64,000 bases of DNA from a virus. Made by a program: the position numbers and the translations under genes. Below the pieces are notes generated by a model. That model was not told where the DNA came from. It worked only from the letters and a program-made list of their open reading frames with translations, and did no database searches. Below, in pieces: positions 1 to 11,300 of the stretch. The stretch lies in IMG/VR virus record IMGVR_UViG_3300023116_005307, positions 3,588-67,587 of that record; one strand, written 5' to 3'. Position 1 is the stretch's first letter. Every line of letters begins with the position of its first letter.

Positions 1-1
1 A

Positions 2-2257
2 GGTACATATACAAATTCTTATGCAATAGTTAATAGCATTACAGGTGATGGCACAACTAAAATTATCGAAACACAAAATTTAGGAATAACTCTAAATGAC
101 GGAGACATTTTAATTGTAAGAAAAATTACAAGTGACGGTAGTGTCGTTCCTGATCTAGACAGTTATGATAGTGCTTTACAAGGTGGAGATTTAGCATATA
201 CTACAGCAGCAGGTATAAATGCAGAAGAAATAATTACAGACGGTGATTTGTTTGTTTCTACTTCTAGAGCAAAAACAGAAGAATTAGTGCCAGGATCTGT
301 ATTTGACACATTAGATTTAAAAGTTTATACAAGAAAATCTGGTAATCAAGGATTAATAATTTGTAAAAACTTTAGAATACCACCAAATACCGAAACCTTT
401 ACTTACAATTTTGATATACTACCAGGAACCATAGATAGTATACTTGTAAAATATGATGGCAGATTATTAGATAAATCAGAATTCAATGTAAACTGGACAA
501 CAAAACAGTTGACGTTGGATGTTGAACCTCAAAAAACTCTATCTATTGTACTGCAAGAAGAAACAACTTCTACCAATATAATAGACAGTGGCGAATTACT
601 GATAACACAGCAAGAGCAATATGATTTTGTTATAGATTACGAATACAATGACAACATTGCTCTAAGTGTTACTCTAAATGGTGATGTACAAGAAATAAAT
701 CTATTTAATTATTCAACAGTTGTTGAAGACGACAATAGAATAGCATTTAGACTTACTGAGCCAGCAACACTTGGCCAAACATTAAATTACACAATATTAT
801 CAGATAACCAAACTGTTAATTACAGTCAAATTGTTACTGACGAATTTGTAGCAACAAGCGGTCAACAAACATTTACATTAGGACAAGCGCCGTTTTATGC
901 ACTTCCTACAGAACATAATACTATTGTTAGAGTTGATCAAAAAGTTCTTAACAGCGGGTATAGTAAGAAATTTGTTATACCTGAAAACAACCAAAGAGAA
1001 TATCAGTTAGAATTATTCCAACAGCCAGCAGGATCGTTAGATGCGCAAACTATGTTAGTCTTCTTAAACGGAGAACAAATTTTTACACCAACAGAATGGC
1101 GTTTAGATATTTCTAATAGTTCTATCATATTAGGAGACGAGTATGGACAACCAGGGGACACGATTGAAATTTACAATATAGCAGAGAGTGAATACACTAT
1201 TAGTGGAAACCAAATTACACTTAAAGATATTCCTAGCAATAATGCAACCATTTATGTTACACAATTTAGTAACCACAATTTAAAAGAAATAGAAAAAATA
1301 CAATATGATGTGGTAAAAAGAGAAACACTTATTACCGATACCGAATTAAGCACGTATCTTAGACTAACTGCAGGCGAAATACAATTAAGAGCTCCTGCTA
1401 TTGATGCACAATATGTTTGGGTTAACAAAAATGGAGAGTTATTAACACCTAGTGTGGATTATTTTATTACTGATGACAGAATGAGATTAAGACTAGTAAA
1501 TATTCCTAACGAAAATGATACGATAGAAATAATTCATTTTACAGCAGATCTTACAGTAGAAGGATTCGCATATAGACAGTTTAAAGATGTTCTTAACAGA
1601 ACACACTACAAGAGATTAGATGCACATTCTACAGTATTAGCCCAAGATTTGGCATATAACGACCTTAGAATAGAAGTGCAAAACGGAGAAGATTTACCAA
1701 CACCTGATAAAGGAAAAAATCTTCCAGGAATTATTTTTATTAATGGCGAAAGAATAGAATATTTTGTCAAAGAACAAAATACATTGCGCCAGATAAGAAG
1801 AGGTACACTAGGTACAGGTGTGCCAGAAGTTCATGTTGCTGGCCAAAAAGTGTTTAATCAAAATAAAGATAAAACTGTGCCTTACAAAGATCAAAATTTA
1901 GTTGCAAATTTAACTGCGGATGGAGTAAGCACTACGTTTACGATAGGGTACAATATAGATAGTATTAATGAAATTGAAGTATTTGCTGCTGGCAAACGTT
2001 TAAGGAAAAATGAAATAGCTGTATTTGATCAAACAAAAGCTTTAACTAGTCCTGAAGGAGACATAATTTTACCAGCAGAATTTAGTGTTGATACAGTTAA
2101 TAACACAATAACGTTGTTGAATGTTCCACAAGAAAATTCAAGAATTACAGTAATAAAAAGACAAGGACAAGTATGGACTAAAGACAATGAAATGCTAGGA
2201 AATTCACAAAATTCAATAGCAAGATTCTTACGTGCTGGTACATATGAACAACCTTAA
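2..2257 (+). CDS. Large virion structural protein (baseplate wedge-like), 5'-truncated by the window edge
   Basis: The frame of the 248..2257 ORF is open back to position 2. It has beta-rich repeats (e.g. VFLNG..., VWVNKNG..., IFINGERIEY...RRGTLGT) typical of large myovirus baseplate proteins and lies upstream of tail-fibre genes. Confidence 0.7.
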   Translation, partial: GTYTNSYAIVNSITGDGTTKIIETQNLGITLNDGDILIVRKITSDGSVVPDLDSYDSALQGGDLAYTTAAGINAEEIITDGDLFVSTSRAKTEELVPGSVFDTLDLKVYTRKSGNQGLIICKNFRIPPNTETFTYNFDILPGTIDSILVKYDGRLLDKSEFNVNWTTKQLTLDVEPQKTLSIVLQEETTSTNIIDSGELLITQQEQYDFVIDYEYNDNIALSVTLNGDVQEINLFNYSTVVEDDNRIAFRLTEPATLGQTLNYTILSDNQTVNYSQIVTDEFVATSGQQTFTLGQAPFYALPTEHNTIVRVDQKVLNSGYSKKFVIPENNQREYQLELFQQPAGSLDAQTMLVFLNGEQIFTPTEWRLDISNSSIILGDEYGQPGDTIEIYNIAESEYTISGNQITLKDIPSNNATIYVTQFSNHNLKEIEKIQYDVVKRETLITDTELSTYLRLTAGEIQLRAPAIDAQYVWVNKNGELLTPSVDYFITDDRMRLRLVNIPNENDTIEIIHFTADLTVEGFAYRQFKDVLNRTHYKRLDAHSTVLAQDLAYNDLRIEVQNGEDLPTPDKGKNLPGIIFINGERIEYFVKEQNTLRQIRRGTLGTGVPEVHVAGQKVFNQNKDKTVPYKDQNLVANLTADGVSTTFTIGYNIDSINEIEVFAAGKRLRKNEIAVFDQTKALTSPEGDIILPAEFSVDTVNNTITLLNVPQENSRITVIKRQGQVWTKDNEMLGNSQNSIARFLRAGTYEQP

Positions 2258-2263
2258 TAAATA
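2255..2263 (+). promoter_or_regulatory. T4-late-like promoter (TAATAAATA)
   Basis: ATAAATA in the short intergenic gap before a structural gene. The same motif recurs before other structural genes (6844, 11621, 45061 minus strand). Confidence 0.55.
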
Positions 2264-2289
2264 CAGTATAGGATAATTTGGATAGTATA

Positions 2290-2880
2290 ATGCAAGAAAA
2301 TCATGGAATATTAGTACAAGGTCATATTAAAATATTTGACCCAACTTCCCAAGAAGTTTATGTGAATAAAAGGAATGCAATCCATTATGAAAACATGAGT
2401 ATTGCATTAGCTGAAAGCCTTGCAAATGCAGGTGAAGGATTTATATACGAGATGAGTTTTGGTAATGGCGGAACAAACATTGATCCTACAGGCATAATTA
2501 CTTACCTTACTCCTAATTCTACAGGAACAAATGCAGCACTTTACAATCAAACTTATACTAAAGTTGTAGATGATTCTAGTGTAAACAATACAGATCCTAC
2601 AAGAAATAAAATTGAAACAAGACATTTAAGCGGTACAAACTATACTGATATTCTTGTAAGCTGTTTATTAGACTACGGAGAACCAGACGGACAACAAGCT
2701 TTCGATACAGCAAGCAACACAAATGATGTTTATGTATTTGATGAATTAGGTTTGAAAAGTTATAGTCCTGATGGCACTGGCAGACTGATTACTCATGTTA
2801 TTTTCCATCCTGTGCAAAAGTCACTTAACCGCTTGATACAAATTGATTACACAGTTAGAGTACAGAGTTTGACAGGATAA
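2290..2880 (+). CDS. Virion structural protein (baseplate/tail-associated)
   Basis: ~197 aa from the ATG at 2290. Motifs FGNGG...FDELGL...THVIFHPVQKSLNRLIQIDYT resemble phage tail-fibre/baseplate connector proteins. Located in the structural block. Confidence 0.6.
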   Translation: MQENHGILVQGHIKIFDPTSQEVYVNKRNAIHYENMSIALAESLANAGEGFIYEMSFGNGGTNIDPTGIITYLTPNSTGTNAALYNQTYTKVVDDSSVNNTDPTRNKIETRHLSGTNYTDILVSCLLDYGEPDGQQAFDTASNTNDVYVFDELGLKSYSPDGTGRLITHVIFHPVQKSLNRLIQIDYTVRVQSLTG

Positions 2881-2884
2881 AAAT

Positions 2885-4936
2885 ATGGCATACCAAATTA
2901 GTTATACAGATGTTGTAAACAAAGGAACAATTATAGTAGAAGATGCTACTCTAAATGATGAGACTAGCTTAACTATACCTGGACGTAATGTTACTTCATA
3001 TGGACAAGCTATTGCAGAAAACTTTTTACACCTATTAGAAAATTTTGCAAATAGTAGTGCTCCGGAGCGTCCAGTAGAAGGACAGCTTTGGTATGATAGT
3101 TCTGAAAGTGTAAATCAACTGAAAGTTTATGACGGTACAACCTGGACAGCCAGTGGAGGACTTAAAAAATCTCCTTCACAACCAGAAGTATCTAACAGTA
3201 TAGCAGGCGATTTGTGGGTAAACACAGAAAGTCAGCAATTATATTTGTTCACAGGTACAGGATGGGTTTTAGTTGGTCCAGAATTTAGTGATGGACTTTT
3301 AACAGGAACTCAATCTGAAAACATTATAGGATCAAATGATAGTGTTTATTCAGTATTGACTGTAAAAATTAAAGATAAACCTGCAATAATTATATCAGAC
3401 AGCGATTTTGTTCCTAAAACAGTAATTCCGGGTTTTAGACAAGGTATAAAGGCAGGTATGAATATTACAAATCAGCCTTTAGTTAATGACACTTTAAAAT
3501 ATAATGGCATAGCTGAAAAAGCAGAGGCACTTATTGTGGGTGAAGAAGTTGTGCCTGCAATAAATTTCCTTAGAGGAAATGCCCAAAGCCAAACAAGTTT
3601 TCCTTTGATAGTAAAAAATGATGAAGGTTTATCAGTAGGTTCGGGAAATCAATTAAAGATTGCTGTAGAAAATGAAGCAGTAATTTTGCAACAAAACATT
3701 GTAGGGTCTAATATTGACTTTAGATTAAAAACATCTACTGGATTACCTACGGTGATGCGACTAGATTCTGAGGGCTTTGTTGGAATTAATACCACTGCCC
3801 CTGAAACAGAATTAGATGTAAAAGGCGACATTACAATAGCACCTAGAGAAGGTAAGCCTGAATCCGGTATACTGAACGTAACTAGTGCTAATAATAGCAC
3901 AAGCATAAACAGCGGTTCTATAATAACCAGCGGCGGCGCCGGCATTGCTTTAGATTTATATGTTGGCGGCAATGTAGACATAGGAGGAATATTACAAACA
4001 GGAAATATTGCTCCTGATTCATCTGGCACAAGAAATGTAGGAACAACAAATAATAAGTATGATCAAATTTTTGCCAATACTTTTATAGGTAATGTACAAG
4101 GTAATGTGAGTGGTACAGTCACTGGTCGGGCAGGTTCTGCAGATAGACTATCAAGTGCAACTACATTTTCTGTATCAGGCGATGTAGAAAATAATAGTTT
4201 TGAATTTGATGGTCAAACAGGCGGCACTAGTAAAACTTTCAATATACAGGTTGCCAACAGTTTTATTGCTAACAAAGATCTAACATTTGATGCGTCAAAT
4301 GCAGATGAATTATTATTAAATGTAAAAACCGGGTCAACTGGCGTATATAGGATATCAAAAAGAAACTTTCTTAAAACTATTCCTTTAGTTCCACCAGGAT
4401 CAATTATGCCATATGGGGGTATAAACGCTCCTGAAGGATGGTTGTTTTGTGATGGCAGCGAGGTTCTAAAATCAGATTATACAACATTGTTTAACGCAAT
4501 TGGATTTAATTTTAAAGATTCGTCGTTATTATCAGATGAAGGAGTAAACAGTTTTGCGCTTCCGGATTTACGCGGAAGATTTGCATTAGGTTTAGACAAT
4601 ATGGGCGGACAGCCTGCTAATAGGGTAACTGATATTGCAGCGGATGCAATAGGCGGAAATGCTGGCAGTGAATCACGCACAATCAACACAGATAATTTAC
4701 CCGAACATGAACATGATATGGAAGCGCCATCGGGAACGCAATATTATGGATTGCGTGTAGGCGCCGGCGAACCAGTTGATGAAGAAGCAATTACATTTAC
4801 AATAGATCCAGGTACGGGAGGCACTCAAGCATTTCCTGCTAGCGGCGGCGTAAAAACTACAGGAGATCTCAATCAACCAATAGAAACTATGAATCCATTT
4901 TTATCTGTAAACTACATAATTTATACTGGAGAATAA
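2885..4936 (+). CDS. Tail fibre / baseplate protein with C-terminal tail collar domain
   Basis: Tail collar motif PPGSIMPYGGINAPEGWLFCDG...FALPDLRGRF and C-terminal NPFLSVNYIIYTG. N-terminus is shared with the next two genes. Confidence 0.85.
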   Translation: MAYQISYTDVVNKGTIIVEDATLNDETSLTIPGRNVTSYGQAIAENFLHLLENFANSSAPERPVEGQLWYDSSESVNQLKVYDGTTWTASGGLKKSPSQPEVSNSIAGDLWVNTESQQLYLFTGTGWVLVGPEFSDGLLTGTQSENIIGSNDSVYSVLTVKIKDKPAIIISDSDFVPKTVIPGFRQGIKAGMNITNQPLVNDTLKYNGIAEKAEALIVGEEVVPAINFLRGNAQSQTSFPLIVKNDEGLSVGSGNQLKIAVENEAVILQQNIVGSNIDFRLKTSTGLPTVMRLDSEGFVGINTTAPETELDVKGDITIAPREGKPESGILNVTSANNSTSINSGSIITSGGAGIALDLYVGGNVDIGGILQTGNIAPDSSGTRNVGTTNNKYDQIFANTFIGNVQGNVSGTVTGRAGSADRLSSATTFSVSGDVENNSFEFDGQTGGTSKTFNIQVANSFIANKDLTFDASNADELLLNVKTGSTGVYRISKRNFLKTIPLVPPGSIMPYGGINAPEGWLFCDGSEVLKSDYTTLFNAIGFNFKDSSLLSDEGVNSFALPDLRGRFALGLDNMGGQPANRVTDIAADAIGGNAGSESRTINTDNLPEHEHDMEAPSGTQYYGLRVGAGEPVDEEAITFTIDPGTGGTQAFPASGGVKTTGDLNQPIETMNPFLSVNYIIYTGE

Positions 4937-4937
4937 A

Positions 4938-6839
4938 GTGAGTTATCAACTAAACAAAACAGACGGAACATTACTTACTGAATTAATTGATGGACAAATT
5001 GACAATTCGTCTACTAATCTTGTTTTAGTTGGTAGAAATTATTCCGGATATGGAGAATTTTTTAATGAAAATTTTATTAAATTATTAGAAAATTTTGCTA
5101 ACACTTCTGCTCCTAGCAATCCTTTAGTAGGTCAACTATGGTATGACAGGTCGGATGAAAGATTAAAAATTTATGACGGCACTACATGGAAAGCAAGCGG
5201 CGGTCCGTATGTGCAAAATACTAGACCGCAAATGGTTGCAGGCGATTTGTGGATAGATAACTTAAAAAATCAACTTTATGCATTCGACGGCAATGATTTA
5301 ATTTTAGTTGGACCACAATATACAGAATCACAAGGTGTAAGTGGATTTAAAATCGAAAGCATACTCGATACTCAATCTAGATCAAGAACACTAGCAAATT
5401 TATATATTGCTGGCGAACTAGTTGCTGTGCTAAGTAGTTTAACATTTACGCCCGTTTATAGTCAGAGGATTTTAGGTTTAGTAACAGAAGACAATCCAAA
5501 TGGTATAATAAATGAAGGCATAAATGTAATTGATAGTGCTAATTTTAGATTTTATGGAACTGCTAGTGGTGCTAATGCTCTTATTACAGGTGCAGGAGTT
5601 ACTAGAACAGCCGACCAGTTTTTACCTTCAGATGCTAATGGAGTAACTGTTGGTACATTAACAATTCAAAACTCAGGTGGTTTAACAGTTGGTTTATCAC
5701 AAAATCATGTTCAAAAAGTTGTTGGACCGAGATTTTATTTTGAAAATCAGTTATTAGATAATGATATTAGTTTGCGTGTTAGAACCACACCATCCGGCGC
5801 AGTTATTGTTGATGCGTTGTATATAGATGCATCAACAGAACGAGTAGGCATTTTTACAAATACACCACAGTACACTCTAGATGTAAACGGTGATCTTAGA
5901 ATAACTGGAGATTTAGTTGTTGAAGGCGATACAACTACCGTTGAAACAACAACACTTCTAGTTGAGGATAAAAATATTGATCTTGCACATGTGAAAGGCG
6001 GTTCATATGGCGATGATACAGCAGTTGACGGCGCAGGATTAACAGTATTAGCTAGTACTACAAACAAAACATTTACGTGGGTTAATGCAAATAATGCATG
6101 GACATCTAATTCAAATCTAAATTTAACTTCTACCGGTTCAACTTATAAAATTGGCGGTATAGACAAAATTACCAATACAACTATTGATCCTAGTATCGAT
6201 ACTGCACTTGGTCTAACTAGGATAGGCACACTGATTTCTCTAGAAGTTGATGGCACAATTACAGTTAATAATACTTTACAAAGTGCAACTACACTTAATT
6301 TTATAGCAAATGATGTAGATATCGATGGCAGAGGAATTTTAATTACCGGTGCTGGCGATATTCATGTTACAGATAGTCAAAAAATCACAGGGTTGGCTGA
6401 TCCTACACAAAACCAAGATGCAGCTACAAAGTTTTATGTAGACAATCAAATTGCTACTGAACCGATTGTGTTTTCTATGGATATTACAGGGTTGGGTACA
6501 GGCGCAACACTATATTCTAATTTAATTGCATACTTAGATGATTTATATCCTGCCGCAGTAGAAAATGCGGGTAAATCAGCTAAAATACACGCAACATCTT
6601 ATTCTGGTGCTACTGTTAGCGGTATCAACGTATCGGTTGCGGACAACAATACAGGAGTTTTACAAAAATCATTTATAGAAGTTGATCTAGCAGGCGGCGG
6701 CACAGGAGCAGTTGTACAAGATATTGTAGCAAATACTACTGCATCTGGTAGTGCTACACTTTCGCCATCTAGACAACTTATTACTTTTTCTTCAGATGGT
6801 GCTGCATGGAATTTTGTTAGTGACACTGCATATCCATAA
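4938..6839 (+). CDS. Tail fibre-like structural protein (GTG start)
   Basis: N-terminal ENFIKLLENFA...GQLWYD...LKIYDGTTW paralogous to 2885. Fibre motifs VGIFTNTPQYTLDVNG and ITGLADPTQNQDAATKFYVD. Confidence 0.8.
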   Translation: MSYQLNKTDGTLLTELIDGQIDNSSTNLVLVGRNYSGYGEFFNENFIKLLENFANTSAPSNPLVGQLWYDRSDERLKIYDGTTWKASGGPYVQNTRPQMVAGDLWIDNLKNQLYAFDGNDLILVGPQYTESQGVSGFKIESILDTQSRSRTLANLYIAGELVAVLSSLTFTPVYSQRILGLVTEDNPNGIINEGINVIDSANFRFYGTASGANALITGAGVTRTADQFLPSDANGVTVGTLTIQNSGGLTVGLSQNHVQKVVGPRFYFENQLLDNDISLRVRTTPSGAVIVDALYIDASTERVGIFTNTPQYTLDVNGDLRITGDLVVEGDTTTVETTTLLVEDKNIDLAHVKGGSYGDDTAVDGAGLTVLASTTNKTFTWVNANNAWTSNSNLNLTSTGSTYKIGGIDKITNTTIDPSIDTALGLTRIGTLISLEVDGTITVNNTLQSATTLNFIANDVDIDGRGILITGAGDIHVTDSQKITGLADPTQNQDAATKFYVDNQIATEPIVFSMDITGLGTGATLYSNLIAYLDDLYPAAVENAGKSAKIHATSYSGATVSGINVSVADNNTGVLQKSFIEVDLAGGGTGAVVQDIVANTTASGSATLSPSRQLITFSSDGAAWNFVSDTAYP

Positions 6840-6841
6840 TT

Positions 6842-6850
6842 GAATAAATA
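6842..6850 (+). promoter_or_regulatory. T4-late-like promoter (GAATAAATA)
   Basis: ATAAATA in the intergenic gap before the structural gene at 6878. Confidence 0.5.
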
Positions 6851-6877
6851 AGTATATTACTTAGGGGCTTGACAAAA

Positions 6878-8362
6878 ATGGCGTATCAAATTGATAGATA
6901 TAATAATACACTGTTAACAACAGTAGAAGACGGTACAGTAGATCAAACAACAGATCTTAAATTTATCGGAAAAAACTTTTCCTGTTACGGTGAAATACAA
7001 AACGAAAACTTCCTGTTTTTGTTAGAAAATTTTAGCGGTGCAAATCAACCATCTAGGCCTATAAGCGGCCAGGTTTGGTTTGATAGCGGTAATAGTAAAT
7101 TAAAATTTTACGACGGCACACAGTGGAGAACTACAGGCGGCGCTGAAGTTGGCGCGGACGAACCTGCAGGACTTACAGACGGTGATTTTTGGTGGGATAA
7201 TACCAACGACCAATTATATGTTTACAATGGCACTGCTTTTGTTTTAATAGGCCCACAAAACGCAGGCGAAGGTGTTACACAAATGCAAAGTCGTGAAGTG
7301 TTAGATAACGGCGGAGCGACTAGAAGCATAATTGCAGCAACAGTAAACGATAACGTTGTTTCTATAATTAGCTTTGACTATTTTGTGTTAAATGCAAGCG
7401 AAACATCTTTAATTGATGCAGGATATAGTACCATTTATAAAGGTATCACTGTGCCAAATTATTCGGTAGTTTCTTATACTCCATTTACAACTGGACGCCA
7501 CAGTTTTGGAGGAACTGCCCTTGATTCTGACAGGTTGCAAGGATTAGCTGCAAATCAGTTTGTACAAACTTCTAATCCAACATTTACAACTTTGGTATCA
7601 TTTCCAGATGCAGGTATACGTGTAGGTGATAGCCAAGATTTAAAGATACTTGTAGAAAATGGAACCGAAGCTGTCATTTCAAATATCACAGGCTTGAATA
7701 GTAAGATTAAATTTAAAGCAACAGATAGCGGCGGCGTAGAAACACACATTGCTACACTTACTAGCTCAGGTTTGAATCCTTCTACTAACAATACCTACGA
7801 TCTAGGTAGTGCATCTTTAACTTGGAATGATATATATGCAAGTAGTTTTGTTGGAGTTGCAACGAAAGCTGCTTCCTTAAATGATGGATCCGGCAATTAT
7901 AGAACAGCATCTGTAGGAACATCTAACAATACAGTGGCGGTTCGTGATGCAACAGGTAACTTGTCAGCAAATTTATTCCAAGGTACTGCTACTCAAGCAA
8001 GGTATGCTGATTTAGCAGAAAAATATACAACTGGCGAAGAGTTAAAAGCAGGAACTGTAGTTTGTGTATGCGACCATACAGACCATGAAGTTGAAGCAGT
8101 GTCTAAAGGTTGTACAGCTATCGGAGTTGTATCTACTGACCCTGCATTTATGATGAATAGTGAAGCTGCCGGACAATACATTGGTTTAAAAGGACGATTG
8201 CCTGTAAGAGTAATTGGACCAGTTGCAAAAGGCGATGCTGTATATGTTGACGACAATGGTTGTGCAAGTACAGCAATTAATGGAGGTTCAGTTGTTGGCA
8301 TTGCATTAGAGAACAACTTTGACGAGGGTGAAAAACTAGTAGAATGTGTTCTAAAGGTATAA
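6878..8362 (+). CDS. Tail fibre-like structural protein
   Basis: Third paralog of the MAYQI...ENF..LLENF N-terminus. C-terminal ARYADLAEKY...IGVVSTDPAFMMN...GRLPVRVIG domain is common in phage fibre proteins. Confidence 0.8.
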   Translation: MAYQIDRYNNTLLTTVEDGTVDQTTDLKFIGKNFSCYGEIQNENFLFLLENFSGANQPSRPISGQVWFDSGNSKLKFYDGTQWRTTGGAEVGADEPAGLTDGDFWWDNTNDQLYVYNGTAFVLIGPQNAGEGVTQMQSREVLDNGGATRSIIAATVNDNVVSIISFDYFVLNASETSLIDAGYSTIYKGITVPNYSVVSYTPFTTGRHSFGGTALDSDRLQGLAANQFVQTSNPTFTTLVSFPDAGIRVGDSQDLKILVENGTEAVISNITGLNSKIKFKATDSGGVETHIATLTSSGLNPSTNNTYDLGSASLTWNDIYASSFVGVATKAASLNDGSGNYRTASVGTSNNTVAVRDATGNLSANLFQGTATQARYADLAEKYTTGEELKAGTVVCVCDHTDHEVEAVSKGCTAIGVVSTDPAFMMNSEAAGQYIGLKGRLPVRVIGPVAKGDAVYVDDNGCASTAINGGSVVGIALENNFDEGEKLVECVLKV

Positions 8363-8371
8363 GGGATCGTC

Positions 8372-11300
8372 ATGGCAGAAGTTACCGCAGCAAGAATTAA
8401 TAACCTACAATCAAGGATTGAACTAATTTTAGGTAATGGCTCCGGTACAACCGGGTATGGACAGCTTATACAAAGTTCTCAAGTGTTACCCGGAGATTTA
8501 ATTGATGCTGATAATCTAAATAATTTATATGTTGATATTATAAAAGCTAGGATTCATCAAGTTGGTCCAAGTGATCCTAGTGTTACAGAAATACAAATTG
8601 TATTAGAAAATCAAAACGTAGTTGCAGACGAAACTTCATTTATAATTAATGATCAAGGACTAGAGTCAGCTGACCCCGAAGGAACAAAAAAGGGTATATC
8701 AGATTTTGAGTCATTAATGCGTAAAGTCGAAACCGACAAAAGTAATGTTCATCCTAGCCAAGCAAGCTCTCAAACAGCAGTCACTTCGACAAGAACAAGT
8801 ACTTGGAATGGTTTAATATTTCACGAGTTTACTGTTACTTTTGGCAGTAGTGATGCAAGACGTCACTATTTTAATACAGGCGGCGAAATTAGAATTGATC
8901 CATCTAATACAAATGCTAGTACTCCTAAGGGTTTAGATTGGGCGGCGTTGACAAACGAAGTAGGTATAGTAAGATTTAACAGTCTTGCAACTGCCGCATC
9001 TTCCGGAAGCGGAACTAATATAGGTAATTTTGGCTTAACTAGTTCGTATCAAACCATATACACAAAAATTGGCGCAGGATCTTACAGCGGTGTATATGCA
9101 GGAAATATCTTTTTAGTAAAAGCAAGAGCAGTAAGTGAAACTCAAATATCATTTAGAATTGAATTTAATGATGTTGTTGGCGATAACAATGTGGATAATA
9201 ATGTTGACGGGACATTAAGAAGTTTAATTACACTATTTAGAGCCACAGGAGATGTAAGTGTTCCTTCTCCTGGTGTATTCACAAATGTTGATCTAACAGG
9301 CCAGACACCGACAAGTGGACCTACATATGTATTGACTCCAAGTGTATCTGCTGTAAATGAAGGATCTGCATTTACTATTACACTAAGCACATTTAATGTT
9401 CCTACAGGAAGTACAGTGCCATATACTATCACTGGCATTAGTGCTGCTGATTTAGTGTCAGGTAGTTTATCTGGCAATTTTACCATTGACAACAATGGCA
9501 TAGGAATAGAAACTTTTGCAGTTGTAGCTGATTTTGCAACAGAAGGTGTAGAAACTTTTGAACTTGCATTAGATAATAATCTAGCACGAACATCTGTTTT
9601 AATTAATGACAGTAGTGCAGAATCAGGAGCAGCAACATATATAGTTACTCCTAGTTCAACAAGTATAAACGAAGGCGGCACTGTTAGTTTCATACTTACA
9701 ACCACAAATGTAACAAATGGTACACAAGTGCCATTTACTATATCGGGTATTCAACGTGAAGATCTATCAGACGGAACTTACAGCTTAGATGACTGGTACA
9801 ACGAATTTAGAACCTCCTACTTAAACGGAATATCTAAAGAAGATGCACTAGAAGGTTTTGATTTTGTATATCCATATTATAATTCAAACAATCAGTATCA
9901 AACACAAAATTGGGGTACTAGGTATGGACTGTTTAGATTACCTGATGCTGCCGGTATCGCATATTGGACAGATGAGTACATACGTGTACACAATAAAAAT
10001 GGAACTGCTTGGGAAAATGTATTCTGGAGTAGCGTAAATTACAGTACAGTGCCAATAGCATGGATACAAGCAAACGGCACAGAAACTGATTCATCAAGAT
10101 CTCTAACGCCTAACAAAACATATTTAATTGGTACCGGAAGCGGATCAGGAGTAACATATACTTGGGATGACTGGTATGCAGAATTTCAAGCACAATATAA
10201 TTGGGCTTCGACAAAAGAAGCAGTACTATCGGATAAAGACTTTATATTGAATCTATACGAGAGTAATGATGCTTTTAGTACAAGTTTAGGTACTAGATAC
10301 GGATTATTTAGAAAACCGAGAGCAGAAGGCATAGCATATTGGGTAAATGATATACAAAGAGGTATTTCTCGATCAACAACACAAGATAACTTTTTCTATT
10401 CTGCAAGCCTAGGAACTACACCGTGGGGAGGTCTCACAGATGCTGAAAGGTCTTTAACACAAGATAAAGTATTCATAAGTGCAGGAAACGGTGTTGTATA
10501 TGATAGAGGTACCTTTGGAACAGTAGGAGACAGAGGTACTCCGGGCGGCACCTTGTCAGATGAATTACAAGATGCATTTACAGTTTATGGTAATACAGCA
10601 ATAAAGAATTACAATCCAGTAGCGGATGTAATTACTGAAGGTCAGGAAACAATGACACTTACATTAGATAATCATCCTGCAGTGTCTGCAAGTATTACAA
10701 TAAATGATACGAGTATTAGTGGTGAACCACCCATAACAATTGACGCACCAACTATCACTAGTTGGACATTTAATAGAAGTGTTGCATATTGGGGAGAACC
10801 TGTTTTCGCAACATGGAATGTGTTAAATGCTGATAGTGTTACTGTATCACTAGCAGGGCCAGGAATATCACAGATTGACACATATACTACACTTAACGGA
10901 AGTAGTGATATAGTAATATTTGAAGAAGCAGACGGAACAGGTAATGTGACTGCTACGCTTACAGCATCTAATGCAGGCGGCAATGTTACAGCAACAGTAA
11001 CTATACCAGTAAACGCACCAGAACCTACAATCAGTGCATTTTATCCAGAACCTTTTGGTGATATAGAAATAGACACACCAGTTAGATTAATTTATCAAGT
11101 TGCAAATGCAACGACCGCAAGTATTACAACTAATTATGATGTAGAATATAGTGATTTGCCACTTCCGAGCGGCTCAACTGGTGCAACATCATTTACGCTA
11201 GAAGAAATAGGAACAAAAACTGCTACCCTTACCGCACAAAATAGTCAAGGCAATACTGTATCACAAACAGTTAGCTTTGAAGTATTAAGTTCAGTTGAAC

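Noticed and set aside
6869-6874. TTGACA before the fibre gene as a -35 box or TTG start
   Set aside because: No -10 element at the proper spacing. The ATG at 6878 matches the MAYQI start of the paralogs.
6973-6992. KNFSCYG where the paralog has RNYSGYG
   Set aside because: A few substitutions that could be drift or base-calling error. No functional claim can be supported.
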